A stretch of 20,000 nucleotides of DNA, from IMG/VR virus record IMGVR_UViG_3300029319_006492, one strand, 5' to 3'. The stretch comes from an uncultured virus (IMG/VR IMGVR_UViG_3300029319_006492). Lineage: Duplodnaviria; Heunggongvirae; Uroviricota; Caudoviricetes. A model generated the notes under the pieces. The model made no database searches. It saw only the letters and a program-made list of their open reading frames with translations, and was not told the origin of the DNA. The position numbers were made by a program, and so were the translations under genes. Each line of letters starts with the position of its first letter. Position 1 is the first letter of the stretch. Positions 18,212 through 20,000 of the stretch are shown here, one piece after another.

Positions 18212-18535
18212 CTATATATTGTCTAGATTATTGTATACCTTAAAAGTGTAGATGTCTGTAAAAAACGTCCCACTTGGAATAATAACTTTTGCTTGTAACT
18301 TATAAATACCTGCCTCATCAAGATCTCCGGCTACAGTGTCATAGAACATCACGCCAGATATACCATGATCCTTAAGTGTGGCATTTCTGTCAATAACCGT
18401 ATCGCTCGGCTTTCTAAACGAAAGTTGGTGTACGGAACCCCCCTCTACGCCAGAAATATTAACGATATTTCCATCGTCCTTTATGGTTATTTCAAACCTA
18501 GTCCCTACATCATCTTGGTGTATTTGGCTGGCCAT
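18212..18535 (-). CDS. BppU N-terminal-like standalone virion protein (107 aa)
   Basis: Pattern DxGTxFxITIxD...FRKPS...GxxxYxTxxGDLDxAGxYxLQxxV...FxVxxNL. Confidence 0.65.
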   Translation of the reverse strand: MASQIHQDDVGTRFEITIKDDGNIVNISGVEGGSVHQLSFRKPSDTVIDRNATLKDHGISGVMFYDTVAGDLDEAGIYKLQAKVIIPSGTFFTDIYTFKVYNNLDNI

Positions 18536-18539
18536 ACTT

Positions 18540-18599
18540 TTACCTTATAAGTGTTACTGAAGCCTGCATCTGTATATTTAATGTTAACTCGATCTTCAT
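18540..18599 (-). CDS. Possible 19 aa micro-ORF MKIELTLNIQMQASVTLIR
   Basis: ATGA overlap with the upstream ORF; fills the gap to the next gene; resembles the C-terminus of the upstream 45 aa ORF. Confidence 0.4.
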   Translation of the reverse strand: MKIELTLNIQMQASVTLIR

Positions 18600-18733
18600 T
18601 TTCTAAGCTCTAACGTAATATTTATAAATGGTTGTAGCGATAGTGTCACAGAGAAAACCTCACCGTTAAATCTGTTTTCCATCTCCAAAAGAGAGGATAT
18701 GGGTAAATCGGCAACTGGTGTTCCGCAAAACAT
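18596..18733 (-). CDS. Small protein (45 aa) MFCGTPVADLPISSLLEMENRFNGEVFSVTLSLQPFINITLELRK, not in the ORF track
   Basis: Starts 1 nt after the upstream stop. The N-terminus resembles the MFGxxPxxxxPxSS starts of small phage virion proteins. Confidence 0.65.
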   Translation of the reverse strand: MFCGTPVADLPISSLLEMENRFNGEVFSVTLSLQPFINITLELRK

Positions 18734-18734
18734 T

Positions 18735-19100
18735 CTACACCTGTATCTGTGGATCAGAAATAACAACGCTTGTATCTAAAGCGTCAGACGCTTGCTGTTT
18801 AGCCAAGTGAATCTCATGGGCTTGTACGTGATCTGACAAGAACTGACGAACCATTCTGTTTGCAAATTGAGCTATTGTTTCCGGATTGTCGATAAACTCC
18901 ACCTGACTGGGGTCTGGTATAGTAGACGGATTAGTCTCTGGATCTTGTGGTAAACTGGAATCGTAGTCCGGATTAGGGATGGTTGCACTCTCGTCGTAAT
19001 CTGGATTTAAAATTTGAGCTGGTCTATTATAGTTAGCTGCTACAGCGTTTAAAACTCTGGTTACATCTTCGTCTGCTATATCTACTGAAAAAACCGCCAT
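18735..19100 (-). CDS. Hypothetical protein with NPDYD repeats (121 aa)
   Basis: GAGGAG SD and an upstream promoter motif; acidic Pro-rich middle segment. Confidence 0.8.
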   Translation of the reverse strand: MAVFSVDIADEDVTRVLNAVAANYNRPAQILNPDYDESATIPNPDYDSSLPQDPETNPSTIPDPSQVEFIDNPETIAQFANRMVRQFLSDHVQAHEIHLAKQQASDALDTSVVISDPQIQV

Positions 19101-19138
19101 TATATCTCTCCTCTAAAAAAGTTACTGTGTATACATGA

Positions 19139-19168
19139 AATTATACACTTTTTTATGTAAATTGTTAA
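19139..19168 (-). promoter_or_regulatory. Putative promoter TTAACA-N17-TATAAT containing GTGTATAATT
   Basis: -35-like TTAACA at 19168-19163 and -10 TATAAT at 19145-19140, in an AT-rich intergenic gap at the head of the structural gene block. Confidence 0.65.
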
Positions 19169-19172
19169 TAAT

Positions 19173-19697
19173 TCAACTCCCCTTATTTAAATGAGGAAGT
19201 TCACACCTTGGGATTTTACATTTGTCGCATATTTCATGCCATCTTTTTGGTAGGTCTTCATAATTATACACTTCTACGCCCAAATCTTCACCATAAATAC
19301 CTTGTGTGAAAAATTGAGTCGTGTGGTGGGACCACTCCTCTTTAAAGTAAGTTAAATGATCCTCTATTGCCATAAAATCTTTAAGCTGCTCAGGAATCCG
19401 GTGGTTAGGTTTCGCTTTTATCTTTTTAATAAATCTGTCCATGCTTTCAAACCTTTCTTGAATTGGTCTGTGAACAGCAAATCTATAGATGTCATTCCAC
19501 TCTCTAATATATCCCTTTAGTATCGAAGCCGTTTGGTGGCTTTGACATCTGTCAAACTCTTTTATGTATGTGGGCATCGTACTTACAACGGTTGGTATGT
19601 CTCTTCCAATACAGGTGGACGCAATAGCGTTTTTTATAGAATTTCCTCCAGTTCTTGGAATATGTATAAATACTGCTCGTTCAGGTAAATATATCAT
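19173..19697 (-). CDS. Sulfotransferase family protein (Sulfotransfer_2-like)
   Basis: 5'-PSB-like FIHIPRTGGNSI, 3'-PB-like FAVHRPIQERFES and C-terminal LPHLN. Confidence 0.8.
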   Translation of the reverse strand: MIYLPERAVFIHIPRTGGNSIKNAIASTCIGRDIPTVVSTMPTYIKEFDRCQSHQTASILKGYIREWNDIYRFAVHRPIQERFESMDRFIKKIKAKPNHRIPEQLKDFMAIEDHLTYFKEEWSHHTTQFFTQGIYGEDLGVEVYNYEDLPKRWHEICDKCKIPRCELPHLNKGS

Positions 19698-19999
19698 AAT
19701 ACCTCACACATAAAGCTAGGGTATTTCTCTAGACTTATCCCAATCATTTTTATCTTGCCAGCCTGAATGTTTTCATTAACAGCTCTTATGACGCCAGCTT
19801 TCCAGACCTGAGCATTTGTAACGTAATCATGCCCCATTATTAGTCCGCCCTTTTTGACTTTCCATAGTGCGTTCTCGATCTCTATTGAAACAGATTTATA
19901 ATCATGACAGGCATCTATATAAACCCAGTCTAAATAATCATTTTCTAAACCAAAAAGGAAATTACCACCGTATTCCCTGTGTAATTCTACTACGCCAGA
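19694..19999 (-). CDS. Class I SAM-dependent methyltransferase (Methyltransf_24-like), 5' partial
   Basis: Manual translation: ...YLDWVYIDACHDYKSVSIEIENALWKVKKGGLIMGHDYVT...GVIRAVNE...MCEVL*. The TGA at 19694-19696 overlaps the sulfotransferase ATG. Confidence 0.85.
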   Translation of the reverse strand, partial: SGVVELHREYGGNFLFGLENDYLDWVYIDACHDYKSVSIEIENALWKVKKGGLIMGHDYVTNAQVWKAGVIRAVNENIQAGKIKMIGISLEKYPSFMCEVL

Positions 20000-20000
20000 A

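Noticed and set aside
450..18560. All plus-strand ORFs in the track, and the short minus-strand ORFs nested in other frames (9044-9349, 14224-14463, 14620-14925)
   Set aside because: They are antisense or alternate-frame shadows of long minus-strand genes (notably the TMP) and show no recognisable motifs.
1..20000. Stop-codon reassignment, CRISPR array, tRNA or rRNA genes
   Set aside because: Genes tile densely under the standard code, with TAA, TAG and TGA all used as stops. No spaced direct repeats or RNA-gene signatures were seen in the short intergenic gaps.
1..20000. Host or taxonomic assignment
   Set aside because: Nothing in this window supports a specific host or family without database comparison.

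Overview
This 20 kb window is the neck and tail morphogenesis module of a large tailed dsDNA phage, probably siphovirus-like because no sheath gene lies between terminator, tube and tape measure. All credible genes are on the minus strand, tightly packed, with SD sites and the standard code. In transcription order (right to left): partial class I SAM methyltransferase, Sulfotransfer_2-like sulfotransferase, small virion-type ORFs, BppU_N-like protein, head-tail adaptor, 331 aa and 1379 aa fibre-like proteins, head closure, neck protein, tail terminator, internally duplicated tail tube protein, two paralogous chaperone-position genes flanking a small gene, and a tape measure protein (TMP) of at least 2141 aa. 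The TMP is absent from the ORF track because it runs off the left edge. The best leads are: (1) a TMP punctuated by three GG-flanked DTVPAxLxPGEFV modules, two of which bracket a PD-(D/E)xK-like cargo domain; (2) strong Ser-Gly enrichment in the fibre-like proteins, near sulfo- and methyltransferase genes, suggesting a virion glycan-decoration system; (3) a two-domain tube protein followed by duplicated chaperones instead of the G/GT frameshift; (4) a recurring GTGTATAATT promoter motif. All product calls come from motif recognition and synteny by eye; no searches were run.
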